Positions 22,236 through 34,640 of a DNA stretch of 64,000 bases are shown here, piece by piece (positions within the stretch are counted from its first letter, which is position 1; the number at the start of each line of letters is the position of its first letter). The stretch is from positions 94,490,001 to 94,554,000 of the forward strand of contig NW_024704742.1 in the NCBI RefSeq assembly GCF_018977255.1. The letters run 5' to 3'. The notes under the pieces are model-generated. The model made no database searches and had not been told where the DNA came from. It saw nothing but the letters and a program-made list of their open reading frames with translations. Source of the stretch: Callorhinchus milii. Its lineage: Eukaryota. Both the position numbers and the translations under genes were made by a program.

Positions 22236-25200
22236 GTAAATAACCTCTTGCTGTATATATATTATTTTTTTTTGGGGGGTGGGGGGGTTTGGGGGGGGTG
22301 GGGAGGGAGGACATTCACTGTTTAAAGCACCACATCTTTTCTCGCCTTCAGGAACACTGGGCAAACTGTTGGAATTGCATTAACCCGATGTCAAGGTGGA
22401 TGGTTGATGCAAACACCAATCCCCTGACAAAGATGAGCAAGAATAATAACAGCAGACCGTTCAGATAGCTTTATGGGATCAATCGTACCGCGTTGTCTTC
22501 ATTTCCTCTATTTCGCCCACAAATATGCGGTCAATTCGCTTTGCAGTCTATTCTGTGAAGTGCTTTGAGATGTCGAGAAGACGTGAAAAGCGCTATATCA
22601 AATGCAAGGATTATTATTATATTATTATTATTTAGCTCTGAATATTTGAACTGCCTGTCTATCTTAGTCTGTCTGACTTGCTGATGTGGGTGTATTCCTC
22701 TTCTGGCGAGTCCAAAACACCCCAGTGTACCATGTCTTGGTGAATATTCTCATACAGCATTCTTGGTGTTGCCACATTAATGTTTTTCAGACCTCAACCT
22801 CTGGATAACCATTTAGTGACCATTTAAATGGTATCCGTTTGGGAAATTGACAAGCAAAAAATAATGTGTTACTTTGAATAATAATAATAATCCTTGCATT
22901 TGATATAGCGCTTTTCACGTCAGGAGGACGTCCCAAAGCGCTTCACAGAACACACTGTAAAGTGAATTGACCGTATATTTGTGGGCGAACGCGGCAGCCA
23001 ATTGCGCACAGCAATGTCCCACAAACAGTCGTAGATTGAAAATGACCAATTTATTATTGTTTTTGGTTTTGGAGGGATTATTATTAGGCTCTGTGTGGAG
23101 TAAGGAAACTTGCCCAAGGTTTCGCCCTGACCTGCCTGGAATTGAACTCAGGTCCCTCGCTTGCAAAGCGAGTGCTCTAACCACTGAGCTACAGGACTCC
23201 ATAGGTGCAGGTGGGAATGAAAAATAGATACCACCTCTTTCACACATAATGAACGCCTGGGGGTGAGGGGAGGGTAGTTGAGGAGGGTGAAGAGGGAGAA
23301 AGTGACCAAAAATATGGTCAAAAAGATATGTTTTGCGGCAATCTGTAAAGATGGGGAGGGAGGTGGCAAGATCAAGGGCCATGGATCAAGGACAAGTTTG
23401 CAGGGCTATGGGGAGAGAGCGGGGGAGTGGGATTGAATTGAATAGCTCTTTTAAAAGAGCCGACACAGACACAATGGGCCGAATGGCCTCCTTCTGTGCT
23501 GTATAATTGTATGATTCTATGATCAAGGATGTCCAGGATGGAGTTCCAGAGAGCAGAGAGCTTGATGGGGTGGATCGTGCAGGGGACATGAATCAGGAAG
23601 TATTAGTTGAGCAGGGACGCCCGATAACTTACTTATAAAGGTAACTCAAACTCCTTTCTTTTCCTTTTCCAGCCAATCTGGCCGCCACTGATATCATTTT
23701 CTTGGTTTGCTGTGTTCCTTTCACCGCCACTCTCTATCCCTTGCCCAGTTGGATCTTTGGCGACTTCATGTGCAAATTTGTTAACTATCTCCAGCAGGTC
23801 AGTGCCTGAGATTTGAATTATGTGGTGTTGTTGATATATACAGAATAAAAGTTGTGCACAAAATGTAAATTTCACTAATCCTGTTTGTTGATGAGAATGC
23901 AATGCAATGTTGAATATTACTGTTGTTTACTTTGGACTTGGTTGTTGGCAACAGACAAGAGAAATTCAAGCAGGTTTGTACAAAGTAAAGTTGAGGAAAC
24001 TTAAAGTGAGAAACGAGTAGACACAACCAATTAATCCCTGAAGAACAGCTAGGAAACTGCAGTCTCTGGGTTGACCATTTCTGCATGTTTACACACTATG
24101 ATGTTAACCTCCTCCCCCCTCCACACACACACATTGTGAATAATTGTAATATTAATCTTAAAATGATATTAAGCTCAAAATCATAAAAGAAGTGTGTAAT
24201 AAGTCAAGTTAAAATAAGAATCAAACATTTAAAAGCTTTATTTGTACTGTGACACTTCATTCTTTTTTGTCTCCTTCACTCTCTTGTTTTTTTTCTAATT
24301 TAAATTCTTTTTTTTATTATTTTCTATCCATTCTACTTTTCTTTTAGCTCTTCTGACCTTTTGCTTTAATATTTCCACTTTAAACCCTTTCTTCTTTCAG
24401 TTCCCACTGGCTCATTTGAGAAGTGAGAGCAATTTATTTTAAATACCCAAAACAGTCCAACAAGCCACAGAAAGTAAAACAGCTTAAAGATTTCCAACTT
24501 CTGATTCAGATTTGAAAAGTTGTAGCAACAGAGGAAGGTAGTTGTCCAGCTATAAGCATCACACATATGATGGCTTTGGCATGCTATGGATTACATGATG
24601 AGAACAGTAATCTGCACATATCTGCAGTTGACTCGAATTATTGTGACTTCTCAGAGCTGTGATTGTAATGCAATCTTTAATAATTATATCATTGTATAGC
24701 TTATTTAAAAACAATTCTGTACAGGTATATTTTTTCTTGCAAAGCACAAGTTGTATTCTGGCATTTACAGCATATTCTAAAAATTCTGAAAATCCTTTTT
24801 TGTTTGTTTCACAGAAGTGTAGCAGGAAAAAGAAACAAAACTCCATGAAATTGCTACTTATCTGTTATGGTTTATTTTATTTAGCTTGTCCATTAATAGA
24901 AATGGATGTGTCAGAATGAATGTTGATTATATGTTTGCTGATTAAATATTTATTCTGTTATAAATTCCTTGGAAAGAGTAGTTTTATTGATCATAATTAA
25001 TGAGGTTTTACAGACTCGATTTGCACTTATTTTATGTATCAGTCTATTTCCGCATTGTTTCTTTGCACTTTAGTGCTCAGCTTACTCAGTGACCGTGCAC
25101 ACACAGCTTGGCTAAATTCTTGTCCATCCAAATCTAAAGAAATACATCCAAAATAACCAAGTTTGAGTAATTTCATGTTTTCAATTTAGTACAGAGCCTC

Positions 25201-28200
25201 AAAGGGAAAAGGAATTGCTAAGATTCGAACACTTGATAGTTGGCCACAGAGGCTTTTGTATTGTGAAGTTGATTGTAAATCTTCAGATAAATTATTTTTT
25301 GGTCCTTTTTCTCATTTATTTTGTTTTGCAGGTTACTGTTCAGGCCACCTGCATCACTCTCACTGCCATGAGTGCTGATCGTTGCTATGCCACAGTGTAC
25401 CCGTTGAAGTCACTCCGCCACCGTACTCCGAGGGTTGCTATGGCAGTCAGTGTAGGCATCTGGATAGGTAAAACTCTTTTTATTGTGGGCAGACTATATT
25501 TGTTTGTGACTCATGTTTCCCTATTCCTCTCACGCCTCCTTTCTTCCAACCAACTACAATCACACTTATATTGTCTCCCATGATTATCACATTATGCATG
25601 AAACCAATCAAACTTCATTTGTTTCTACTACATTTTCTTATCCGTTACATCTAAGAACATTAATTATGCTTAATAACTCACGTTTTTGTACCATGAGAAC
25701 CTTTCACTTTTATTGAAAGGGCTGCTTTGGAATACTTTAATATCTTTTTGCACTGAAATGTACAAGAAAGAACTGAATTATGTAATTAGGTAGCAATTAT
25801 GTACGCTTTGGTGAGTAATATGAAGGATGGGATTATTTGAGACTGAAAGCTGCTGAATTTTAATAAGTATTTAACTGCATCCTTTGCACTAATTAAATGA
25901 TATGCATTTTGTAAGCCGGTCTAATACACTTTCACCCTAAAATAAAGTTTGGAATGCATTTTCTCCTGGCAACATGCATATGAAATAGTCAGTGAGGTAC
26001 AGTACTAAAGGTACAGTAGTACAGGTAAAATCACTGTGTAGTTGAGTTGACTAAAAGCTTGGAAATTAAGACAAAGGTTGACATTCTGTATTAGGAATAT
26101 TGGCTTCAAAGTTTACTATCAGTAATTTTACATTCTTATGCAATGCAGTCTATTTAATGAAAGGTGATTGGATTTATATTCAACAATTTATTGTTATCTC
26201 AGGAAACCACTGATCTTTATGAATTTATCAAGCATATTTAGTTGTCACTTCCTTATATATTGACTAGGCGATCATTTTGAAATGCCCTGACCTAATGGAT
26301 TGGTTAGGAGAGGTGCAGGAAACAGCAGCACTCAGAAACCAAGCTCGGGGTTAGATCAGATTTCTCTTTGTAAGTGCACCAGTTTGGAAACTCGGACAAA
26401 ATATAACTGCACACACCAGCAAACACATAAAATAACATCCATTGACAATGTACTGGAAAATCTGGGGCACCTGTATAATAGTTCTCTCTGTATTTATTTG
26501 GAAATTAACCTAAGTCATAGCTGTGTAAAAGTAATCTCTGTATTTAGAGGACATGAAAGTAATAATAATAATCCTTGCATTTGATATAGCGTTTTTCATG
26601 TCTTCTAGATGTTTCAAAGCGCTTCACAGAATATACTGTAAAGTGAATTGACTTTGGGGGCGAAACGCGGCAGCTAATTCTGCGCAGCAGGGTCCCACAA
26701 ACAGTCGTGGATTGAGTGACCAAATTATTATTGTTCACTTTTGAGGGATTATTATCAGGTGTGGAATAAGGAAACTTGCCCAAGGTTTTGCACCCTGGCG
26801 AAAGTACATATTCTTATGTTCTTAACTCGGGATACAATATATAGTTTGGGACACAACATGTCATGAGGCTGCCAGAATGGTGGAAAGCGAACTGGATAGA
26901 CCTTGATCTTCTTTTGCCTAGGAAATTCTTATGTTCTTACATATGAAGTAACACTGACTGACATAATATGCGCTGAATGTATACATGCACATGTAATGCA
27001 GTTTGATGCTGTGTAACTCAGTTCAATGTTATGTTGTTAGAAGATAGATGTAAAATGAGTTGTAAAATGCTAGGTAGTATTTAAAGTGGAGCTCAGTGGT
27101 TAGAGCACTTGCTTTGCAAGAGAGAGACCTGGATTCGATTCCCAGCAGGGTGAAACCTTGGGCAAGTTTCCTTACTCCACATGCCTGATAATAATCCCTC
27201 AAAAAAATTAGTCATTTCAATCCACAACTGTTTGTGAGACACTGTTGTGCGCAATTGGCTGCCACATTTTGACCACAAATATACAGTCAATTCACTTTAC
27301 AGTCTATTCTGCGAAGCGCTTTGAGACATCTAGAAGACAGGAAAATCGCTATATCAAATGCAAGGATTATTATTGTAACTCACAAATAGACAGTATTGTT
27401 GAATATTATTCCACTATGAGCTAAATAAAATTCTATTGAAAAAACTGCAAAAAACTTCAACTACTGTTTTTGATCCATATAAATGACCAGAACTTGGGTG
27501 TAGGGAGTACAATTTCCAAATTTGCAGATGATACTAAGCTGGAAAAGTAGTAAACAGTGAGGAGGATAGTAGCAGACTGCAAATGGACATAGATAGACTG
27601 GTAAAATGGGCAGACACGTGGCAGGTGGCAGATGAAGTTTAATGTGGAGAAAGGCAAAGTGATGAGGAGAGACAGCATAAGCTAAATGGCAGAATCTTAA
27701 AGGGGGTGAAGGAACAGAGACACAGAGGGGTTCATATAAATAAATCTTTGAAGGTGGCAGGACAAGTAGATGAAACTATTAAAAAAGCATAAGGGATACT
27801 TGGCTTTATAAATAGGGTAATAGAATACAAAAGTCAGGAAGTTATGATGAACCTTTACAAAACATTGGTTCGGCCTCACCTAGAGTACTGTCTTCAGTTC
27901 TGGGCCACACTTTAGGAAGGATGTCAAGACATTGGAGAGGGTGCAAAGGAGATTTACCAGGATGGTACCAGGAATGAGGGACTTCATTTATCAGGAGAGG
28001 CTAGAGAAGCTAGGATTATTCTCCTTGGAGGAGAGAAGATTAAGAGGAGACTTAATCGACGTTTTCAAAATTATGAGGGGATTCGATACGGTGAATGAGG
28101 AGAAACTATTTCCACTGGCGGGTGGGTCGGTAACCCGAGGACACTGATTTAAAATAGTTGTTAAAAGAAACAGAGGGGAGGTGAGGAGAAATTTTTTCAC

Positions 28201-31200
28201 ACAATGAGTTGTTCGGATCTGGAATGCATTACCTGAAAGAGTGGTGGAAGCCGATTTGGTAACAACTTTTAAGAGAGAAGTAGATAATTATTTGGGGAGG
28301 ACAAGCTTGCAGGACTATGGAGAGAGAGAGTAGGAGTGGGATTGATTTCATCTGTATAATATAATCATAGAATTATAAAGCACATAAGGAGGCCATTCGG
28401 GCCCATCGTGTCTGTGCTGATTCTTTGAAAAGAGCTATCCAAATCGATCCCACTCCCCCCGCGCTCTCCCCATATCCCTGCAAACGTGTTGAGGCGTTAT
28501 ATCAAATGCAAGGATTATTATTATTATAAACAGGAACAGGAGGACTGTTCCACCAGTTTATTAGATCTCAGCTGATCTTTTAAACCTAATGCCTCACTCT
28601 TTTGTCATACTCCATAAAGCCTCTTATAAGTATGTAATTTGTAGGTAATGGCCACTTTCATGCAATGTTTTAGTTTACAAGAACCAACAACAACAAAAAT
28701 GTCTACTTGCAATATTCAAAGTCAGAATTATAATAGACATATGGTCCAGTAGAGTTCTTCTGATCTATACACTAGCTTGACTACACAGACTACACTGTGC
28801 TACAGTCAGCTGGCGCGGCCACCAGGTGTAACTGCAGTGAAAAACGCAAAACTGAAATACATTTTAGGTCATAACTCATGAACGATAGGAGATACCCGAA
28901 AGCAAATATGCCTATGTCACTCTCAGACTTGAGACATTTCTGATGAGGTATAAATCATGTCTCTATGTCAATCGGATATTGAGATCCTTTTTGACAGAAG
29001 ACATTGTCATTTTATTAGTATAGATAGAAGATAGATGAATGCAATCATCAAAGTCTATGTAAATTACTTGTCCAGTCAAAATTCTTCTTGTTAAAGATTT
29101 ATGCATTCATTTAACAGGTTCATTTGTCCTCTCCATTCCTGTTGTGATCTACCACACACTGGACACCGGATACTGGTATGGGCCACAGACCTACTGTATT
29201 GAATCATTTCCATCAATTCATGACCAACAGGCCTATATTCTCTACACATTTCTAGCTGTGTACCTGTTACCTCTCATCACAATCTGCATCTGCTATGCCT
29301 TCATGCTGAAAAGAATGAGCCGTCCAGTGGTGGAACCAGTGGACAATAACTACCAGGTGAGAAATATGTTTTCTTACCTCAAGACAGAATGTAGTATTAT
29401 CCTGTGTGCTTATTCAGTATTAGTCTGGTCCTTGTTTTAATAAATTATTTACTCCAGCAAATAAATAAATTAGTTTTCCCCTTCAAATTCATGTTCTGCT
29501 GTTAATATTTTCCACCTCTGGTGTAGGGCACTATGTGGCTCCTTGCAGGGTACTATGAGGTTCCTGTTGCATGCATAATTATGTTGCTCATAAGGACTAA
29601 TTCTTTTACCCAATAATCGGGGAGAAGTTTACACTATTTATATAGTTTTGAGAATCCAGAATTTAATAAATTAATCAATTCAGTCTTATCTTTGAAGTTG
29701 GTTTTCTCCTTATGAATAATAATACTAATCATCATTGTATTTGATACAGAGCTTTAAAGTATTGAGAACATCTCAAAGACCTTCACAAAATTTCTGTGAA
29801 GTATAGTGATTGTGTATTTGTAGATGAAAGCAACAGCCAATTTGCACAAGGCAGTGTCTCAAAAATAGCCATGATGTGAAGGACTAAAATGACCTGATTG
29901 TTGGCCAGAACACTGGGAGTTTCCACATATATACGGATGATACCCAACTCTATCTCTCTGCCTCTCTGACTCCAGGACGACCGCTGTCCTGACAGAATGT
30001 CTGTCAGAAATCAAGCTCTGGATGAGAGCTAACTTTCTTCAACAAGTCCAAGGCCCTCCTGATTGGCTCCCGTCAGAGCCTACATAACTGCGTCGCTGAC
30101 AGCATCACCATCCATGGATGCACCCTCCACCTTACTAAGCCAGTCCAGAACATTGGCGTCTTGGTTTGAACCTCAACTATCCTTTCTATCCTTCCGTGCC
30201 ATGACCCACTCTGCCTTCCCCCACCTCCACAACTTCGCCCGACTCCGCCACTGCTTCACCCCATAAGGCTGCCAAAACCCTCGTACACGCCTTCATTACA
30301 TCAACGCTTGACTATGCAAACTCCTTGCTTGTCGGCCCCCCCAACTCCTCCCTCCACAGGCTGCAGATCATCCAGAACTCTGCAGCCATGACCTCTCCTG
30401 CACCAGGCTCCCTGACCATATCACCCCCATCCTCGCCTGACTCCACTGGCTTCCCATCACTCAGAGGATACAGTTCAAGATCTGGCCTTGATCCCCCTAC
30501 TTCTGCAACATCCTAACCCCTACCACTCTCTCCGCTCAGCGGGCTCCAGCCTGCTTCACTTCCCCCACCTCGCCCACCCCACCATTGGCGGGAGGGCCTT
30601 CTCCCACTCTACCCCTACCCTCTATCACGCAGTCCCTTTGCCTCACCCCCTCCTTCAAGACCCATTTCAAGACCCTCCTCTTCAATCGTGCTTTTGATCA
30701 CCCTGCTTCCCCCCAGCCCTCCACCCTCCCCAATCCCGAGTCCCAGCTCAGGTCCGAAACACTGACTATCCAGCACATGTAATTTTGTTGTTGTTGAGTT
30801 TAATTCCCTTCTCTTTTCAAATAATGCCACAATATCCCAAAATTCTGGATGCTGTAAAATATGGAAAATATACATAAATGGAGTAAATCTAGATCCAGGC
30901 GAAATTTCTCTCCTGCATTGACTAATAAGACACGGTTTCCACATCATTAGGACAAGTTCTCCTTATGGGAAATATAATTTAGCTTCCGTTTGAACAGCAA
31001 TTCATAGATTGTCATAGATTGTACAGCATGAAAGCACTCTATTGGGCCCAACCAGTCGGTGCCCGTGTTTATTTTCCACATAAAGTTACCACCCATTCCT
31101 TAATCCCTCTCATAGCCTTCTATTCCCTCTCTCTTCTGTGTATATCTAGTTTCCTCTTAAATGTATCTGTACTATCTCCTTCAAACACTGCTTTGGGCAA

Positions 31201-31913
31201 GCGAGTTCCACATTCTCACTATCTTTTGGTGAAGAATTTATTCCTAATTTATGTTTTAGATCCTGTAGACACTATCTTATACTGTACTTGTGTCCCCTGA
31301 TTACGACTTTCCAACAACTGTGAACAGCCTATTTATGACAACCTAATAATTCATATTGGTAATCCCAAAATCATAACTCTTGTGTATTAGAATAGGAAAT
31401 TGTATCAGAACAAAATCACATTCAACACTTTATATAAGAGGTTTGCATATCCATAAAAGTTAATGTTAAGAGAGAAGTATTCATATGCGGGAGTAAAAAA
31501 GAAAATGTTTAAACACTTTATAGACCATCTTAATTTTTTTTTTACCTTTTTCTTAATCCCAGGTACAACTTTTGGCAGAGAGATCAGAGGCTGTCCGCTC
31601 TAAAGTTTCAAAGATGGTGGTTGTGATCGTCCTATTGTTTACAGTCTGTTGGGGTCCGATTCAGCTGTTCATCCTTTTTCAGGCATTTGACTCCAGCTTC
31701 AAGCGAAACTACAACACCTACAAGATCAAAATCTGGGCACATTGCATGTCTTATTCCAACTCCTCAATCAATCCTATTGTGTATGCCTTCATGGGGGCCA
31801 ACTTCAGGAAATCTTTTAAAACTGTCTTTCCTTTCTTGTTCAAGAAGAGAGTCGGAAGCACTGGTGGGGCAGCTGTAAATACAGAGATGCATTTCTTGTC
31901 ATCTGGGACGTAA
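22019..31913 (+). CDS. KISS1R: Kisspeptin receptor (GPR54/KISS1R family, likely Kissr-3/kiss1rb), 5 coding exons join(22019..22235,23673..23797,25332..25467,29118..29356,31563..31913), 355 aa
   Basis: Exons of 217+125+136+239+351 nt = 1068 nt join in one frame through GT-AG introns. The protein has KISS1R hallmarks: [47 protein letters not shown] (DRY-motif variant), [24 protein letters not shown]. Confidence 0.97.
22510..22632 (+). mobile_element. SINE 3' part
   Basis: ttcgcccacaaa...aaatgcaagga(tta)n. Confidence 0.8.
22877..23200 (-). mobile_element. Full-length young tRNA-Ala-like Deu SINE
   Basis: GGAGTCCTGTAGCTCAGTGGTTAGAGC A-box, TTTGCAA loop, GAGTTCAATTCC B-box, Deu domain, tail. Confidence 0.92.
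23388..23523 (+). mobile_element. CR1 3' tail inserted in an L2 remnant
   Basis: tgggccgaatggcctccttctgtgctgta...tgattctatgat; flanking gatcaagga is duplicated. Confidence 0.8.
23673..23797 (+). CDS. KISS1R: KISS1R exon 2 (TM2 to start of TM3)
   Basis: Acceptor ttccttttccag; [42 protein letters not shown]; donor CAG|gtcagt; 125 nt; not in the ORF track. Confidence 0.97.
25332..25467 (+). CDS. KISS1R: KISS1R exon 3 (TM3-TM4)
   Basis: Acceptor ttttgcag; [45 protein letters not shown]; donor G|gtaaaa; 136 nt. Confidence 0.97.
26560..26800 (-). mobile_element. Deu SINE, 5'-truncated
   Basis: Antisense tail and Deu domain. Confidence 0.85.
27088..27374 (+). mobile_element. Deu SINE
   Basis: gctcagtggttagagc head, Deu domain, tail. 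Confidence 0.88.
27478..28350 (+). mobile_element. CR1 LINE 3' part (RT C-terminus)
   Basis: [21 protein letters not shown]...[16 protein letters not shown]; an inverted CR1 tail follows at 28362-28488. Confidence 0.92.
28772..29024 (-). mobile_element. Non-autonomous Helitron, about 253 bp
   Basis: On the - strand: A|TCTATACTAATAAAA...cacagtgtagtctgtg hairpin...CTAG|T; AT target and no TSD. Confidence 0.7.
29118..29356 (+). CDS. KISS1R: KISS1R exon 4 (ECL2, TM5)
   Basis: Acceptor tttaacag; GSFVLSIP...[10 protein letters not shown]...YLLPL...EPVDNNYQ; donor CAG|gtgaga; 239 nt. Confidence 0.97.
29935..30795 (+). mobile_element. L2 3' fragment, degenerate
   Basis: Similar to 7230-8130. Confidence 0.85.
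31010..31325 (-). mobile_element. Old CR1 3' fragment
   Basis: catagattgtacagc...gagttccacattctcact. Confidence 0.65.
31563..31913 (+). CDS. KISS1R: KISS1R exon 5 (TM6, TM7, C-tail)
   Basis: Long polypyrimidine tract then ccag; [20 protein letters not shown]...CWGP...NPIVY...MHFLSSGT then TAA. Confidence 0.97.
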   Translation, partial: VQLLAERSEAVRSKVSKMVVVIVLLFTVCWGPIQLFILFQAFDSSFKRNYNTYKIKIWAHCMSYSNSSINPIVYAFMGANFRKSFKTVFPFLFKKRVGSTGGAAVNTEMHFLSSGT

Positions 31914-31964
31914 CCTTTACATGTGACTAGAAGCAAAAATGAACACATTGCATAGAGAGATTAT

Positions 31965-32186
31965 GGGGATCAGTTGGCGCTTATTTCTAGATTTACTCTG
32001 TTTTTCTCAGCGCTTCAGAGCATTCAGACGTCTTAAATTTTGAAGTCAGATTTCTGTCATTTCTTTTAAAAACTGCAGAAAAGTAACTTCAAAGTCGAGA
32101 CTAAATTCAACAACTTGCCAAATTTTGAACATGCTAAAAGTGCTACATCAATAGAGAAAATGTAGACCCAGGTGGAATTTCACCCC
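31965..32186. mobile_element. MITE with long imperfect TIRs in the KISS1R 3' UTR
   Basis: gggg...tctagatttactctg...agcgctt / aagtgct...tagagaaaatgtaga...cacccc; the right-end motif recurs at about 5020, 30865 and 62865. Confidence 0.55.
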
Positions 32187-32573
32187 AGCTCCAATTATAG
32201 CATCCATCGTGCCTTTAATAGATTGAATTGTCCGCAATGGAAATGAAATCACACAGTTTTCTGATTTATTCCCACCTCCTTTGTTATAAATAATCGCAAA
32301 TCTACCATCAGAATTAGTATTACACTCTCATAGATTGAGGATGTTAACTCTCACAAATGAGACAGATATAATAATTTGTGCGGGATTTGTATATTTTATC
32401 AGCATGCCTTTTTGGATAAAGGAACATTTAAGAGAGGTGTAAGGTACTGAATTTTTCCCCTCATTTTAAATGTTATAAGTGTATAATGACCAATTAATCC
32501 TTAGATTATCAGAAAGCCCCAGAAGACTGACAGTTTCTAAGATGATTGGCTTTAACTTCACACACTGATCCTG

Positions 32574-32579
32574 AATAAA
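32574..32579 (+). terminator. Candidate KISS1R polyadenylation signal
   Basis: AATAAA about 660 nt downstream of the stop codon; further AATAAA copies lie near 32970-32985. Confidence 0.3.
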
Positions 32580-33729
32580 ATACTTCTAGCATTGGTTTCT
32601 TTCCATTACCCCTCATCACCCTGCTTTATATTGTAGAACTATTAGCCAGAGGTCGTCTGAGAACAAACGTGTTATGCAGTGCCTTCCTATATGACACAAG
32701 GTCCTAGTCTATAGGTGACACCATGTGTTTCATTCATGATGTCATTGCAAAACATATGTCCCCTTTAAATAGAAGGTTACCAAAGAGTCTTATTTTTCAT
32801 AATTTCGTTAAGACTTATTAGACATTGTAATGGTATCACAACTTTTTAGTTACCCTGTAGTTCAGAGTAGCAAAGTTGTAAATTCAGTTGGCTGATCTCT
32901 AGAGGTTGCATTTGGAAATCATCAAAACCTATTCATTATCCCTGTTAATGCCCTGCAGTGAGAGAGGAGAAATAAATTTAATAAAAGTATTAAAGATACA
33001 GGACAATTTTAATGTTTCATGTAGGGTTAACGTCGAGGATCATAGGCTCCATCTGAGAGAAAAGGTCAGTTTTGAAGGCCGTGGTGTTGTTAACCTTTGA
33101 AATGTCGCAAGGATTATTGAAGTATTTGTGATTATAGGAAAGTTTGTTAAATATAAATGTTAATTTAGTTGGTTAAGTGTAAGTGATTAACATAAAACTT
33201 GGTTCAATATTTTTGCAAGGCACTTGAACAAAGCAGACTTTTTTTTCGAAAAAGGTCTTTTAATACATATTTTTGTGTGAACTTCATGTAATTTGAAAGC
33301 AGATTTGTTCTGTGGGAGTTATCTCCACTGGCAGATGGATTTGAGGCTGGCCAAAAAAAAAATTTTATGGCCCGGTTAGGCCAAATTCTACTTTAATCCT
33401 GGTGGGTCAATTCAGAGTTGCACTCTTTGGAAATTGCCAAAATGAAAATAGTAATATTACTGTTTTACACAGCATCTACTTTCAAGTTAGGGATGCTTCC
33501 TATTTGCCCACTGCCGCCAGTATAAATACAAAATAATACAGATATGTAACTCTAGAGGGCACTGCTTATTGGAAGAATAGTGCGTCTAATATTCTATTTG
33601 TATTTGAGTTCTTCGGTTCCCATGCTTAAGATTATGGCACCAGACTGCTTTTAAAACTTTAGACATACGACTGGGTCTACAAATGACATATTGCATGCTC
33701 CTTTTATGACCGATGTGCAATATAGACCC

Positions 33730-34640
33730 ACGTGCCCTCAGGCTGCCGAAACCCTCATACGTGGAGTCCTGTAGCTCAGTGGTTAGAGCACTCGCTTTGC
33801 AAGTGAGAGACCTGAGTTCAATTCCAGGCAGAGGACGAAACCTTGGGCAAGTTTCCTTACCCCACACAGAGCCTAATAATAATCCCTCCAAAACCAAAAA
33901 CAATAATAAATTGGTCATTTTCAATTCCACGACTGTTTGTAGGTCACTGCTGTGCGCAATTGGCTGCCGCGTTCGCCCACAAATATACAGTCAATTCACT
34001 TTACAGTATATTCTGTGAAGCGCTTTGGGACGTCCTCCCGACGTGAAAAGCGCTATATCAAATGCAAGGATTATTATTATACCTGCCTTCATTCCAACCA
34101 TGGTTGACTACACCTACTCCCTGTTTGTTGGCCTTCCCAACTCTTCCCTCCACGAGCTGCAGGTCGTGTCCTCTCCCGCACCAGGCTCCATGACCCCATT
34201 ACACCCTCCCTTGCCCGGCTCCACTGACTCCCCATTCCTCAGGATTGAGTTCAAAATTCTCATCCTCACCTTCAAGACCCTCCATGGCTTTGCCCCCTCC
34301 TACCTCTCCAACCTGCTAACCCCTTATCAAACTGTCCGCTCCCTCCACTCAGCAGGCTCTGGGCTGTTCCATGTCCCCTGCCCCACCATCGGTGATCAGA
34401 CCTTTAGCCTCTGTGCCCCCACCCTATGGAACTCCATCCCACATTCCCTTCGCCTCGTTCCCTCCTTTACTTCCTTCAAGGCACACCTCAAGCCCCTCTT
34501 CGACCCTGCCAAAGGCCACCTTCTTATCCTCTCTGCCCTCCACCCTCCCTGATCCTAACCCCACCCCCCGCTTGGGTTCAGCGCCTTGGGACGTCCTCCC
34601 AACATGAAAGGCGCTTTACAAATGTAATTCTGTATTGTAT
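33730..34640 (+). mobile_element. L2 fragment with a nested full-length SINE (33763-34080)
   Basis: L2 gctgccgaaaccctcatac|SINE|cctgccttcatt continues after the SINE tail. Confidence 0.88.

Noticed and set aside
28890..28955. gaaa...ctgatga arrangement resembling a hammerhead ribozyme
   Set aside because: The stems do not abut the core correctly and the required cleavage-site pairing is missing.
33763..33835. tRNA-Ala(TGC)-like sequence with A and B boxes (also at 23130-23200, 39176, 49476, 50565-50634)
   Set aside because: There is no proper acceptor stem and it always continues into the SINE body, so it is a SINE head and not a tRNA gene.
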